This document shows, one piece after another, positions 36,560 through 46,876 of a stretch of DNA of 64,000 bases. The DNA is from Candidatus Altimarinota bacterium. GTDB taxonomy: Bacteria > Patescibacteriota > Gracilibacteria > CAIRYL01. A program made the translations under genes and the position numbers. Each line of letters opens with the position of its first letter. Position 1 is the stretch's first letter. Under the pieces are notes generated by a model, which saw only the letters and a list, made by a program, of their open reading frames with translations, had not been told where the DNA came from and made no database searches. The stretch covers positions 1,120,001-1,184,000 of the forward strand of contig OZ252287.1 of the NCBI GenBank assembly GCA_965250085.1, read 5' to 3'.

Positions 36560-38239
36560 ATGACTAAAATAGTACAAAAAATAGGGATTTTGTTTTTCTC
36601 GCTGCTTTTTATTTTTCCTTCTGCAGGAGCATGTGCCGCAGAAGAATCTCTCGAATTTCTTCGCACACAGAACATTCTTGAAGCGGGTGAAGAACAAGAA
36701 TACCCAAAGAGGTTTGTTTTTCGAAAAGACTGGGTACGATGGACCATGAGAAGTACTGATTTTATGGGAGATGAAACTGGACAGGAACCATTTCATGATG
36801 TGGAGAATAATCCTTACGTTGCAAAAGCATGGGAAATAGGAGCCATAAAAACGCAGCCATATTTTTCTCCAGATCGCCCAATACTCCTCTATGAAGCACT
36901 CAAGGTGCTCTCTATCGCTCATGATCTTGATACTTCCGAAAAAAGCGCATTCACTTGGCAGGATCTTCCAGAGGATACAGAACTCAGAGACATCATGCTT
37001 TCAGCGGTAAAACGCAAACTCATACAACCGGTTTCGGACACTCACCTCGGAACCTATAATAAACTCACCAGGAGACAGGCCGCAGAAATTCTGTATACGC
37101 TTGTTTTTTCTTCATCACAGCAACAAAAACAAACGATTACGATACGAACAAAAATACTTGATTCCAACAAACAAAAAATACTGGAAACAATTTGGGAAGA
37201 ACTTCAAAAAAAATCACTCTATGCAGAAGATCTCGATGAACAAATACTCCTGGAAGGAGCAATAGAGGGCCTTTTGGAGGCACTCGAAGATCCACATGCA
37301 CATTATTGGACGCAGGAAGAAACTGAGGAGAGAGATCAAATCTCTCAAGGAGGGAATATCAGTGGAATTGGAGCGCAAATTCAGACAAATGTTCACACAG
37401 GAGAAGTCTTTATCGTGAGTACTTTTCCCGGAACTCCAGCAGAGAACGCAGGTATTCTTCCCGGAGACATAATTGTTGGAGTCGATGGACAGGATGTTTC
37501 GGAAAAAGAAGCCGAGATCATTGCCAATCTCATCAGAGGAGAAGAAGGGACAGACGTGGTTATACAAATTCGAAGAAACAATATCAAAAAAACATTCACG
37601 CTTTCTCGAGCAACTATTCAAATCCCTTTGGTAGAAATATCCCGTGATAACGATATTGTAAACATTGAATACAGAAGATTTGAACGCAATGCGCTCAAAC
37701 AGGTTCGTGCTTTCGTGACTGATGCTGAGCAAATGAAAGACGTAAAGGGAATAATTCTGGACCTCAGAAATAATCCTGGAGGTGATCTGGGTGTGACGCT
37801 TGAAATGATGGGATTTTTCTTGCCACAAGATGAAGACGGAAGAAATGCAACGGGGACATGGCTCGAAGAAAGAGACAGTATTACTCGTGAAAGAGTCGTA
37901 GGAGATCCTATTCTTCAAGATATGCCATTTGTAGTACTTGTTAACAGATATTCCGCTTCCGGCTCAGAGATGCTGGCGGCTGGTATGAAGGACCACAAAA
38001 GAGCACTGGTGATTGGAGAGCAAACCTATGGAAAAGGGACTGCACAGAGGAGACAATATTTTTATGACGGGTCTTCCTGGAGATATACTATTGCCAATTG
38101 GCTTTCTCCAGACAAACATGTTATTGAAGGTGTCGGTGTTATTCCTCATATTGAGATTGCAACCTTGGGAGGGGATGATCAGGCTTTAGAAATTGCAATG
38201 AATAAAATCAAAAGGGGGCAGACCTATCCAGCGGAGTAG
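36560..38239 (+). CDS. S41-family C-terminal processing protease with SLH-like N-terminal region and PDZ domain
   Basis: Signal peptide, LTRRQAA SLH-like motif, GIGA/PAENAGILPGD PDZ, DLRNNPGG, SASGSE, TYGKG. Confidence 0.92.
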   Translation: MTKIVQKIGILFFSLLFIFPSAGACAAEESLEFLRTQNILEAGEEQEYPKRFVFRKDWVRWTMRSTDFMGDETGQEPFHDVENNPYVAKAWEIGAIKTQPYFSPDRPILLYEALKVLSIAHDLDTSEKSAFTWQDLPEDTELRDIMLSAVKRKLIQPVSDTHLGTYNKLTRRQAAEILYTLVFSSSQQQKQTITIRTKILDSNKQKILETIWEELQKKSLYAEDLDEQILLEGAIEGLLEALEDPHAHYWTQEETEERDQISQGGNISGIGAQIQTNVHTGEVFIVSTFPGTPAENAGILPGDIIVGVDGQDVSEKEAEIIANLIRGEEGTDVVIQIRRNNIKKTFTLSRATIQIPLVEISRDNDIVNIEYRRFERNALKQVRAFVTDAEQMKDVKGIILDLRNNPGGDLGVTLEMMGFFLPQDEDGRNATGTWLEERDSITRERVVGDPILQDMPFVVLVNRYSASGSEMLAAGMKDHKRALVIGEQTYGKGTAQRRQYFYDGSSWRYTIANWLSPDKHVIEGVGVIPHIEIATLGGDDQALEIAMNKIKRGQTYPAE

Positions 38240-38332
38240 GTGGAAAGTGAATTGGTGAGTAAGTTGTCAATGTTAGAGCTGGTTCACAATAAATTGATAT
38301 AACGAATCCAAAAGAAAGATCAACACTGTTAA

Positions 38333-38412
38333 CGGCAGAATTTATTCTGCCGCATCTGATGTAACTTGATACTCGGAATTATACTGGAGCAACCGTCTTT
38401 CGGTTGCTCCAG
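38333..38412. repeat. Two GC-rich hairpins between convergent genes (REP-like or bidirectional terminator)
   Basis: CGGCAGAAT-TT-ATTCTGCCG and CTGGAGCAACCG-TCTTT-CGGTTGCTCCAG. Confidence 0.6.
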
Positions 38413-38422
38413 CTTAGGTCAA

Positions 38423-38824
38423 TCATTTCTTTGCGGAAAATAACTTGTACATCCAATCAAAAGTTTTTGGAAGCGTAAGGAAGTGAAGGGAAAAAAGAAG
38501 AGGATTATATTCATCAGCGAACCAAGGTGGTGACCAAAAGGCTACTCCTAGAGAAGTTGCACCCACAATGAGGAATATATTTTCATTCTTCTTTATAAAA
38601 CGATCTATCCTCAGCTTATTAGTGAAGGGCATCATATCCTCGTTTTTGTAAATATCGTTTCTAATTTTTTTCCGCGCCATGTACACCAAATATCCTATTG
38701 CACCAAGATCTTCTTCTTTTGCACTTTCAAGCATTGTTTCTACTGTACGAATTGCATCTTGCACCTCTTCCTCGGAGTATCGAGGTTTTTCGTCGAGAGG
38801 TTGAGAGTTTTCGGGAGTATCCAT
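38423..38824 (-). CDS. Hypothetical membrane-anchored protein
   Basis: Start set at MDTPENSQP; upstream TTGACA-17-AAGAAT; hydrophobic C-terminal part. Confidence 0.55.
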   Translation of the reverse strand: MDTPENSQPLDEKPRYSEEEVQDAIRTVETMLESAKEEDLGAIGYLVYMARKKIRNDIYKNEDMMPFTNKLRIDRFIKKNENIFLIVGATSLGVAFWSPPWFADEYNPLLFSLHFLTLPKTFDWMYKLFSAKK

Positions 38825-38978
38825 AACAGAAATAAAAAGTGTGGAGTATTCTTGCACTTCTTCTTCTTCTTGTCAACTAAGAATTAAGCATTTAAAACAT
38901 AACCAATTATGAGAAGTACTTTTCTGAGATGACAGGCGTGCGGAGTATTGATACCATGTACGCACTTTATTTTTGCAC

Positions 38979-40499
38979 ATGATACGCAGAGCCCTTCTTT
39001 CGGTTTCCAACAAGTCAGGCATTGCTGAGTTTGCTCAGTTTTTGGTCTCCCACAATATAGAAATTCTTTCTACTGGGGGTACCGCCAAAATGCTTCGTGA
39101 TAAAAAAATATCAGTGAAGGATGTATCTGAATACACAGGATTTCCTGAAGTGTTTGATGGGCGGGTGAAGACCTTGCACCCCAAGATTCATGGAGGACTC
39201 CTGTACCTTCGAAACAATGATGAACATCAAGAAACGGCAGAAAAGAATGAGATCTTTCCTATTGATCTGGTAGTGGCCAATCTCTATCCATTTGAAGAAA
39301 CTCTGCAAAAAGAAGGAGTCTCTGAATCTGAAATTATTGAAAACATTGATATTGGAGGTCCCAGTATGCTCAGATCCGCAGCAAAGAATTTTGAAAGTGT
39401 CACCGTGGTGACAGATCCTCAGGATTACTCACTTATACAAAAAGAGATTGGAGAAAATGGAGATACCACCTTGAAGACGAGAAAACATCTGGCACAAAAA
39501 GTTTTTCGACGCACTGCTGAGTACGATTCTGCCATTGCTCAATTTTTTGATCCCAATCTTCTTGTTCTTTCTTCTCAAAAATCTCAAGAACTTCGCTATG
39601 GAGAAAATCCTCATCAAAAAGCATCCCTCTACAAATTTTTTCATGAAACCCAGCCATCAATTACAGGAGCAAAACAATTGCAGGGGAAAGAACTCTCATT
39701 TAATAATATTCTGGATGCCGACGCTGCTCTCAGTACTATTACAGAATTTGCAGATGAAGCACCAACTGTTTGTATTTTTAAGCATCTCAATCCTTGTGGA
39801 TCTGCTATGGACAAAACTATTGAAGATGCTTTTCAGAAAGCATATGAGGCGGATAGCACCTCTGCATTTGGAGGTATTGTTGCCCTCAACAGAGAAGTTT
39901 CTGCTGAACTTGCAGAAAAATTAACTAAAATTTTTCTGGAAATCATTCTGGCGCCATCTTTTTCAGCAAAAGCTCTCAAAATTCTTCAAAAGAAAAAAAA
40001 CCTGCGACTTCTCGAAGTGGGCGCACTACGGCTCTCCACAGATGAAGCAGATATTCGATCAGTTGCAGGAGGACTTTTGGTTCAGGATCAGGATTCAAAG
40101 ACACTTTCTACAGAAGACCTCTCGGTTGTAACCAAGAAACAACCTTCAGATGAAGAGATGCAAGATCTCCTCTTTAGCTGGAAAATATGCAAGCATGTAA
40201 AATCGAATGCTATTGTGCTTGCCAAAGATATGCAGACGGTAGGAGTAGGAGCGGGACAAATGTCTCGCATAGACGCAACTCATATTGCTCTTCAAAAGGC
40301 AGGAAAAAAATCAAAGGATGCCATGTGCGGCTCGGATGCATTTTTTCCTTTTGCTGATGGCATAGAATCTCTTGCCCGAGCAGGAGTAAAAGCTATTATA
40401 CAGCCGGGAGGATCGATACGTGACGAAGAAGTCATTACAAAATGTAATGAGTTTGAGATAGCAATGGTATTCACGGGGGCAAGAGCGTTTTGGCACTAA
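38979..40499 (+). CDS. purH: Bifunctional AICAR formyltransferase/IMP cyclohydrolase
   Basis: STGGT, GRVKTLHP, IDIGGPSM, LRYGENPHQ, SDAFFPF. Confidence 0.98.
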   Translation: MIRRALLSVSNKSGIAEFAQFLVSHNIEILSTGGTAKMLRDKKISVKDVSEYTGFPEVFDGRVKTLHPKIHGGLLYLRNNDEHQETAEKNEIFPIDLVVANLYPFEETLQKEGVSESEIIENIDIGGPSMLRSAAKNFESVTVVTDPQDYSLIQKEIGENGDTTLKTRKHLAQKVFRRTAEYDSAIAQFFDPNLLVLSSQKSQELRYGENPHQKASLYKFFHETQPSITGAKQLQGKELSFNNILDADAALSTITEFADEAPTVCIFKHLNPCGSAMDKTIEDAFQKAYEADSTSAFGGIVALNREVSAELAEKLTKIFLEIILAPSFSAKALKILQKKKNLRLLEVGALRLSTDEADIRSVAGGLLVQDQDSKTLSTEDLSVVTKKQPSDEEMQDLLFSWKICKHVKSNAIVLAKDMQTVGVGAGQMSRIDATHIALQKAGKKSKDAMCGSDAFFPFADGIESLARAGVKAIIQPGGSIRDEEVITKCNEFEIAMVFTGARAFWH

Positions 40500-40667
40500 A
40501 GGCATGGATTATGAATTATGAAGCATGAATCATGGGGGGAATTTTTAAATTTTATAATTTTTAATTTTATAAATAATTTTTAAATCCTAATTTTTAAAAT
40601 ATTTCTCTTCTACAATATTAGAAATTATAAAATTATAATTTATTTAAAAATTGAGAATTAGAAATTC
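40500..40667. repeat. 7-mer tract followed by inverted 8-mer tracts
   Basis: GCATGGA TTATGAA TTATGAA GCATGAA TCATGG; AATTTTTA/AATTTTAT units; then complementary TAGAAATT/TAAAATT units. Confidence 0.65.
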
Positions 40668-40674
40668 TACGACC

Positions 40675-42360
40675 ATGCTTTCTTTACTCGGAAAAATCTG
40701 GCACTCCAGAGGAACGTTTGATCCTCATCAATCTCTTTTTGAGAATTTTTGTAGAATCCGAAATATTTCAGAGGATGATATTGCTCCAGCAAAGTTTGAA
40801 GAAATCGCCGATCCTTTTTTGTTTCGGGATATGCAAAAATCTGTGAATAGAATTCTTCATGCATTGGAAAAAAAACAAAAAATATGCATATTCGGAGATT
40901 ATGATGCTGATGGAATTACAGGGACCGCTCTTCTCTTCCTGACACTTCGATATTTTGAAGCAGATGTTTCTTATATGCTTCCTTCCCGAGAGGATGGATA
41001 TGGATTTTCACAGAAGTTTGCAGAACAGATTGCATCAGAAAAAACAGATCTCCTGATCACGACCGATTGCGGTATTACAAGTGCGGATTCTGTGAAGTAT
41101 CTGCAAGAGGGAGATATAGATGTGATCATTACTGATCATCACGCTCCTCCAAAACAGCTTCCTCCAGCATATGCTGTGCTTCATCCGCTCCTTCCGAATG
41201 AGACATTTTCTGATACAGATCTTACAGGTGCAGGAGTTGCATTTTTTCTGAGTCTTGCACTTTTATATTCCAGATTAGGCAAGGAAAAATCCAAAACGAT
41301 CGCCAATCAGCTTTTAGAACTTGCGGTAATAGGGACAATTGCAGACTGCGGTATAATGAAAGGACAGAATAGGATTCTTACTGTACTCGGAATTGAAGCA
41401 CTCCAGACAACAAAGAATAAAGGCCTGCTGCAATTAATGGAACTTGCGAACATTGACACAAAACATATTACTCATGAAAGTATTGCTTACTACCTTGCTC
41501 CCAGGATTAATGTGGCGGGCAGACTGGACCATCCTCACAAAGCATTAGAAGTTCTTTTGGGAAATCCTCAAAATGCAGAATATTTGGAGTCCCTCAATTC
41601 CGAGCGTCAGGAAATAGTCATAGAATTTATAACTCAAGCAGAGCAAATGTTGGAGAAAGACGCTCAAAATATTTCTATTATCCTTAAAAGTTCTAAGTGG
41701 CCATCAGGAGTCATTGGTTTGATAGCAGGAAAATTGCAAGAAAAATACAATCGACCAACAATCGTCATAGAGGAAAAAGCAGACAAACTTGTGGCGTCTT
41801 GTCGAGGTCCAGAAAACTTTCATTTTATAGAAGCACTTACAAGTATTACTCACACTGAAACTGATATGTTCCTTGGTTTTGGCGGACATAGCGTAGCAGC
41901 AGGATTTTCCCTTTTGCCGGAAAAATTTGATGTATTTGTAGAATTGTTTAATGTTGAAGTACAAAAAAAACTTGGAAATACAATGGAGTCACCTCAGGTT
42001 TGCTTTGATGGACATGTAGAAACCGAGATCACCACAAAAGATATCTCTGAGCTTTCTCGTGCACGGCCATTTGGCAATGGGAATGCATCACCATTATTTT
42101 GTTTCCCGAAAGCGGAAGTGCAGAATATTCGCCATGTGGGAAGCGATAAAAAACATCTTTCACTCTGGATACGATCTCCATCAGGACAGTTTTTTTCAGG
42201 AATATTTTTTGCACAAGGATCTCATTACAACACTCTTATGGAAAAGAAAATATGGGATATTCTTGCCACTCCAGAGATCAATATATGGAAAGGAGAAGAA
42301 CGTCTTCAGCTCAAGATTGTTGATATGTCTTCTGAAACCAGTTCCTCAGACACTGAGTAA
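40675..42360 (+). CDS. recJ: Single-stranded DNA exonuclease RecJ
   Basis: GDYDADG, TDCG, TDHH, APRINVAGRL, GGHSVAAG, PFGNGN. Confidence 0.96.
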   Translation: MLSLLGKIWHSRGTFDPHQSLFENFCRIRNISEDDIAPAKFEEIADPFLFRDMQKSVNRILHALEKKQKICIFGDYDADGITGTALLFLTLRYFEADVSYMLPSREDGYGFSQKFAEQIASEKTDLLITTDCGITSADSVKYLQEGDIDVIITDHHAPPKQLPPAYAVLHPLLPNETFSDTDLTGAGVAFFLSLALLYSRLGKEKSKTIANQLLELAVIGTIADCGIMKGQNRILTVLGIEALQTTKNKGLLQLMELANIDTKHITHESIAYYLAPRINVAGRLDHPHKALEVLLGNPQNAEYLESLNSERQEIVIEFITQAEQMLEKDAQNISIILKSSKWPSGVIGLIAGKLQEKYNRPTIVIEEKADKLVASCRGPENFHFIEALTSITHTETDMFLGFGGHSVAAGFSLLPEKFDVFVELFNVEVQKKLGNTMESPQVCFDGHVETEITTKDISELSRARPFGNGNASPLFCFPKAEVQNIRHVGSDKKHLSLWIRSPSGQFFSGIFFAQGSHYNTLMEKKIWDILATPEINIWKGEERLQLKIVDMSSETSSSDTE

Positions 42361-43374
42361 AAGGTTTTCAATGGCAAAGCGCCTATTCACGTTTGCTTGG
42401 AGTCTTTTTTTCGTGATCTCTGTTTTTTCGATCAGAGCAATAATCTCTTTGGCAGTATATTGTTTTCCCAAGAGGAGACTTCTTTCAAAAATTTTTTCTC
42501 TGAGAAGTGTTCTCAAAAAGTGCAAAAAACTTTCTAAAAATTCTAAGAGATCTTTCTCATTTTCTGGCTTCGCAAGAAAAGTCGCTTCCGCAAAGAGATC
42601 TTTCATATTTTTTTGTTGTAAAATACGTGCAAACTTTTCAAAAAGTGTATCTTGAGAGTGTACGAATTCTGTATCATGTACGAGTTTTAGAGCTCTTAAA
42701 GGTCTTCCTTGAGCGAGAGTGATGATTTTTTGCTGAGCTTCTTCAGAAATATCTGATTTTTCTTCCGCAAGAGTCTTTCTCAGAACAGAATTTGGAACAA
42801 GACTCATTTCTATAACACGAGTACGAGACACAATTGTGGGGAGCAAGCTTTCCTTATGAGTTGCCGTTAGTAGAAATATAGTGTTCCCTGGTGGTTCTTC
42901 CAATATTTTAAGCATGGTGTTCATCGCTCCTTCCGTCATCCGTTCTGCATCGCGAATAATACAGATTTTGTAGGAGCTTTCTGTTTTTTGCCACAGAGAT
43001 TTTGTAAATTCAATCGCATCTTCAACGCCAATCTGATTTGTTCTTTTTCCGGTTTTTTTACGATGACTCTGATCAAAATTTGAATATTCTGCTATCACCT
43101 CCAGGTTTTCTTCTTTCTCTTTTATCCAAAGCTTGTCGACAAGAGTGGTATCCGAATGTCTGGCATTTTTTATTCTCTGACACGCGTCACAGTTCCGGCA
43201 GAAATTTTTATGCTCACATTGCAGGAGCATGGCGAATCGTTTGGCGATTTCAAATTTACCAATTTCTTTGGGACCACAAAAAAGATACACCTGAGAAATA
43301 GCATTTTTTTCAAATTCTTCTTCAAGTCTTTCGAGTATTCTCTCATGACCGATAATACGCCAAGGGAACTTCAT
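42346..43374 (-). CDS. holB: DNA polymerase III delta' subunit
   Basis: YLFCGPKEIGK, Cys4 zinc motif, LKILEEPP, LPTIVSR. Confidence 0.88.
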   Translation of the reverse strand: MKFPWRIIGHERILERLEEEFEKNAISQVYLFCGPKEIGKFEIAKRFAMLLQCEHKNFCRNCDACQRIKNARHSDTTLVDKLWIKEKEENLEVIAEYSNFDQSHRKKTGKRTNQIGVEDAIEFTKSLWQKTESSYKICIIRDAERMTEGAMNTMLKILEEPPGNTIFLLTATHKESLLPTIVSRTRVIEMSLVPNSVLRKTLAEEKSDISEEAQQKIITLAQGRPLRALKLVHDTEFVHSQDTLFEKFARILQQKNMKDLFAEATFLAKPENEKDLLEFLESFLHFLRTLLREKIFERSLLLGKQYTAKEIIALIEKTEITKKRLQANVNRRFAIENLLLSV

Positions 43375-43478
43375 AGACACAAATTATAGATTATAAAGTG
43401 AAAAAACCAACTATAAAATACATATCGCAAGCGTACACTAATAATAATCAGCGAAATAATAAATATATAGGATATTTT

Positions 43479-44030
43479 CTACTGATTTCCTGCCCTTACC
43501 TTTTCCAAAAATTCATAGTAGGAAGATTCTACATCATTTTTCTCTTTCCATGTGCCATCCCTATTATAAGAGTACGGTTTGACTTCTTCTTTATTTATCA
43601 AATACCCAAAAAAATGTTCCTGATCTTTAACGCCTTCATAATATGCAAAAACGCTAATTTGATCTACTATTCCTTCCATAGATGGATGACCAGATGCATC
43701 ACGTTTAATAGCAATCATAGCGTGCCTGTTTCCTTTACTATCAAAAAAAGTATATTGGTAATCACAGGGAATCCCACGCTCTGATACGACAAATCCTCTT
43801 TCTTCAATGTAATCGACTAGTTCTTCAAAGTTCTCCACGCCAACCTCTATTGATCGAAGAGGAGGAACTTGCTCTTCCAAATTTACAGTATCACCTAAGA
43901 CATCAGAAGCTGCTTTCTTAGTAGTTTCTATCTGTCTTCCTGTAGATTCCGCGTTTTCTAAGTCGAGGTCACCACATCCAGTAACTGCTATACATCCAGC
44001 AACTACAAGTGATTTTAAGGATTCTTTCAT
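43479..44030 (-). CDS. Hypothetical lipoprotein
   Basis: Lipobox-like AVTGC; upstream TTGACA-18-TACAAT. Confidence 0.6.
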   Translation of the reverse strand: MKESLKSLVVAGCIAVTGCGDLDLENAESTGRQIETTKKAASDVLGDTVNLEEQVPPLRSIEVGVENFEELVDYIEERGFVVSERGIPCDYQYTFFDSKGNRHAMIAIKRDASGHPSMEGIVDQISVFAYYEGVKDQEHFFGYLINKEEVKPYSYNRDGTWKEKNDVESSYYEFLEKVRAGNQ

Positions 44031-44178
44031 ACTAAAGTTCTAAAATAGATAGCCATTGTATGAATATTTCTAGAATATTGTCAAGAGCAAGTGCCAGTCA
44101 CCCGCCCACGGATGACGTGCGATCACTTCAAGGGAGGCAATTCCCACTCAACGAAAGATTGTTATAAAATAATAAGAC

Positions 44179-46773
44179 TTATTCTTCCAATTTCAATTTC
44201 GGAGTTTTTTTGGGAGCAGGTTCCCCAAGTTTCTTCTTCGATTCTTTTCCTTCAGTTTTTTCTGTTTCTTCAGAATCTTCTTTTGCTGGAGCAGGAAGAA
44301 GTGAAACATTAGAAACAAAATCTTCTTTAGCAAGTCTCATAAGGATAACGCCCTGCGTTGCACGTCCTTGAGAGGGTATCGCCTGTACTCCCAGGCGAAT
44401 TGCTTGTCCTGATTTGGCGACCAAAATCATATCACCTCCAAAATCAGAAGGGATGATTTTGGCACTTACAATACGCCCTGTTTTTTTGGTGATATTCGCT
44501 GTTTTGACCCCCGTTCCCCCACGTCCTTGTGCGCGATATTTGCTGACCTTAGTCATTTTTCCGAGGCCATTTTCCATGACGACCAAAAGCTCCATATGAG
44601 TATCTTCTTCTTGTACAATATTCATCCCCACGACTTCATCACTGTCTTTCAGGCGTATTCCACGTACTCCTGCAGCGCCACGCCCCATGGATCTCACATC
44701 TTCTTCTTTAAATCGTATACCCTTTCCATTTTTAGACACGATCATCACTTCATCATGTCCATGAGAGACGCGCACCCATTTGAGGAGTTCGTCTCTTTTT
44801 AGTTTTATAGCGATAATTCCATTTTTTCGAACATTTTGAAAGAGCTTCAGGGCTGTTTTTTTGACCGTTCCTCCAGTGGTGCACATAAACAAATCAGAGC
44901 CTTCTGCATCAGTAAAATTGAGAACTTCAGTAACGACTTCTTCTTCTCCAAGTTGCAAAAAGTTCACAACGGCTTGCCCTTTAGCCACGCGAGAGGCTTG
45001 AGGAATTTCGTATGCAGGAAGTTTGAACACACGCCCCTTGCTGGTAAAAAATAGAAGATCATTATGATTTTTGGTAAAGAGAACAATTTTCATTTCATCT
45101 TCACTTTTCTTGGTCGATCCCATGAGTCCTTTTCCTCCTCGGCCTTGAGCTTTGTATGCGCTTGTAGGCATTCGTTTGATATATCCATTTTCAGTAATAG
45201 CGATCAACACACGCTCATTAGGGATAGTATCTTTGGCGCTAAATTTTCCAAGAGCATAAGGGATGATTTCTGTCTTACGAGGATTTGCATATTTCTCTTT
45301 TACTGCCTTCAGCTCGTCAGTAATGATGAACACAACACGTTCTGGTTTTTTCAAAATATCTTTGCACTCTTTTATAAAATCTAACTTTTCTTTGAGTTCA
45401 TCCAAGATCTTTTGCTGTTCGAGTCCAGCAAGTGTCTGAAGTCTCATAGCGAGGATGGCACTTGCTTGAGGATCAGTAAATTTAAATTTTTTAATAAGAT
45501 TTTCTTTCGCAATTTCTTTTGTTTTACTCGCTCGAATGAGCTTAATAATTTCATCAATATTTTCAATCGCTTTTTTGAGACCTTCCAAAATATGAGCTCT
45601 CGCTTCTGCAATACGAAGATCATATTCTGTGCGCCTTTTAATGACCTCTTTTCTGTGACCAATAAATTCCTCAAGCATGCTCTTGAGGTCAAAAAGTCGA
45701 GGTTGCGTGCCACGATCTCCAAGCGCAATAAAATTGCATCCAAATGATGTTTGCAGTTGCGTGAGTTTAAAAATTTGATTGAGTACTTTGTTTGGGAATG
45801 CATCTCTTCTGAGTTCAATAACAACTCTGATGCCATCTTTGTTCGATTCATCAGTAATATTGGTGATTCCTTGGAGGGTCTTATTTCGTACCAGATCTGC
45901 AATTTTTTCTACCAAATTTGCCTTATTGACCTGATATGGGAGTTCATAAATAACAATTCTGTGTTTTCCTTTGACTTCCTCTATTTCTGCTTTTCCTCTC
46001 ATCACAATACTTCCGCGGCCGGAAGCATATGCCTGACGAATAGCAGAAATGTCATAAATAACTCCTGCAGTTGGAAAATCAGGTCCTTTGATATGCTCCA
46101 TAATAGAGTCAATTTCTGCATCAGGATTGCTCAAAATATGCAATGTGCCGTCAATAAGCTCTCCGAGATTATGAGGAGGAATATTGGTGGCCATTCCAAC
46201 AGCGATTCCCATGCCACCATTCAGGAGCAGGTTTGGAACTTTTGTTGGAAGAGTAGTTGGCTCTTGAAACGCTCCATCGTAATTATCTCTAAAATCTACT
46301 GTTTCTTTTTCCAAATCAGCGAGCATTTCATCGGATAGGGTTTCCATTTTGGCTTCTGTATATCGCATTGCAGCTGGTCGGTCTCCGTCAATAGATCCAA
46401 AGTTTCCCTGACCACGAACAAGACGATGACGCATAGAAAAATCCTGTGCCATACGCACCATGGCTTCATACACAGCAGTATCTCCATGGGGATGGTATTT
46501 TCCTATGACTTCTCCTACCACACGTGCCGACTTTACGGATTTTGCCCGAGCCGTAATACCCATTTTATGCATGGCATACAAAATCCTTCTATGCACTGGC
46601 TTGAGCCCATCTCGTACGTCAGGAAGAGCCCTGGAAACAATGACGCTCATTGCGTAGTCCAAATAACTCTCTTCCATTTCTACCACTATTTCACGAGAGA
46701 TAGATGAAGTAAGAAGACTTGCACTCGACTCGTTTTTTTCCTCGTTTGAAGCAGGTGAAACAGTATCACTCAT
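44179..46773 (-). CDS. gyrA: DNA gyrase subunit A
   Basis: [33 protein letters not shown], GyrA box QGRGGKG. Confidence 0.98.
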   Translation of the reverse strand: MSDTVSPASNEEKNESSASLLTSSISREIVVEMEESYLDYAMSVIVSRALPDVRDGLKPVHRRILYAMHKMGITARAKSVKSARVVGEVIGKYHPHGDTAVYEAMVRMAQDFSMRHRLVRGQGNFGSIDGDRPAAMRYTEAKMETLSDEMLADLEKETVDFRDNYDGAFQEPTTLPTKVPNLLLNGGMGIAVGMATNIPPHNLGELIDGTLHILSNPDAEIDSIMEHIKGPDFPTAGVIYDISAIRQAYASGRGSIVMRGKAEIEEVKGKHRIVIYELPYQVNKANLVEKIADLVRNKTLQGITNITDESNKDGIRVVIELRRDAFPNKVLNQIFKLTQLQTSFGCNFIALGDRGTQPRLFDLKSMLEEFIGHRKEVIKRRTEYDLRIAEARAHILEGLKKAIENIDEIIKLIRASKTKEIAKENLIKKFKFTDPQASAILAMRLQTLAGLEQQKILDELKEKLDFIKECKDILKKPERVVFIITDELKAVKEKYANPRKTEIIPYALGKFSAKDTIPNERVLIAITENGYIKRMPTSAYKAQGRGGKGLMGSTKKSEDEMKIVLFTKNHNDLLFFTSKGRVFKLPAYEIPQASRVAKGQAVVNFLQLGEEEVVTEVLNFTDAEGSDLFMCTTGGTVKKTALKLFQNVRKNGIIAIKLKRDELLKWVRVSHGHDEVMIVSKNGKGIRFKEEDVRSMGRGAAGVRGIRLKDSDEVVGMNIVQEEDTHMELLVVMENGLGKMTKVSKYRAQGRGGTGVKTANITKKTGRIVSAKIIPSDFGGDMILVAKSGQAIRLGVQAIPSQGRATQGVILMRLAKEDFVSNVSLLPAPAKEDSEETEKTEGKESKKKLGEPAPKKTPKLKLEE

Positions 46774-46876
46774 AAAGTCCTGGAGGGGCAAAAGATCGCA
46801 AGGATTTTAGCAGAAACAAGAGCAAAAAACCAAGAGTTTTTAGTGAGAAATAAACATTTTTCAAAACCACAAAAAT

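Noticed and set aside
37214-37918. Long antisense or alternative-frame ORFs (also 65-595, 16305-16880, 42059-42655, 45751-46338, 57607-58131)
   Set aside because: They overlap well-supported genes and have no motifs; they are treated as shadow ORFs.
40500-40667. CRISPR array
   Set aside because: Units are 7-8 bp and degenerate, with no unique spacers and no cas genes.
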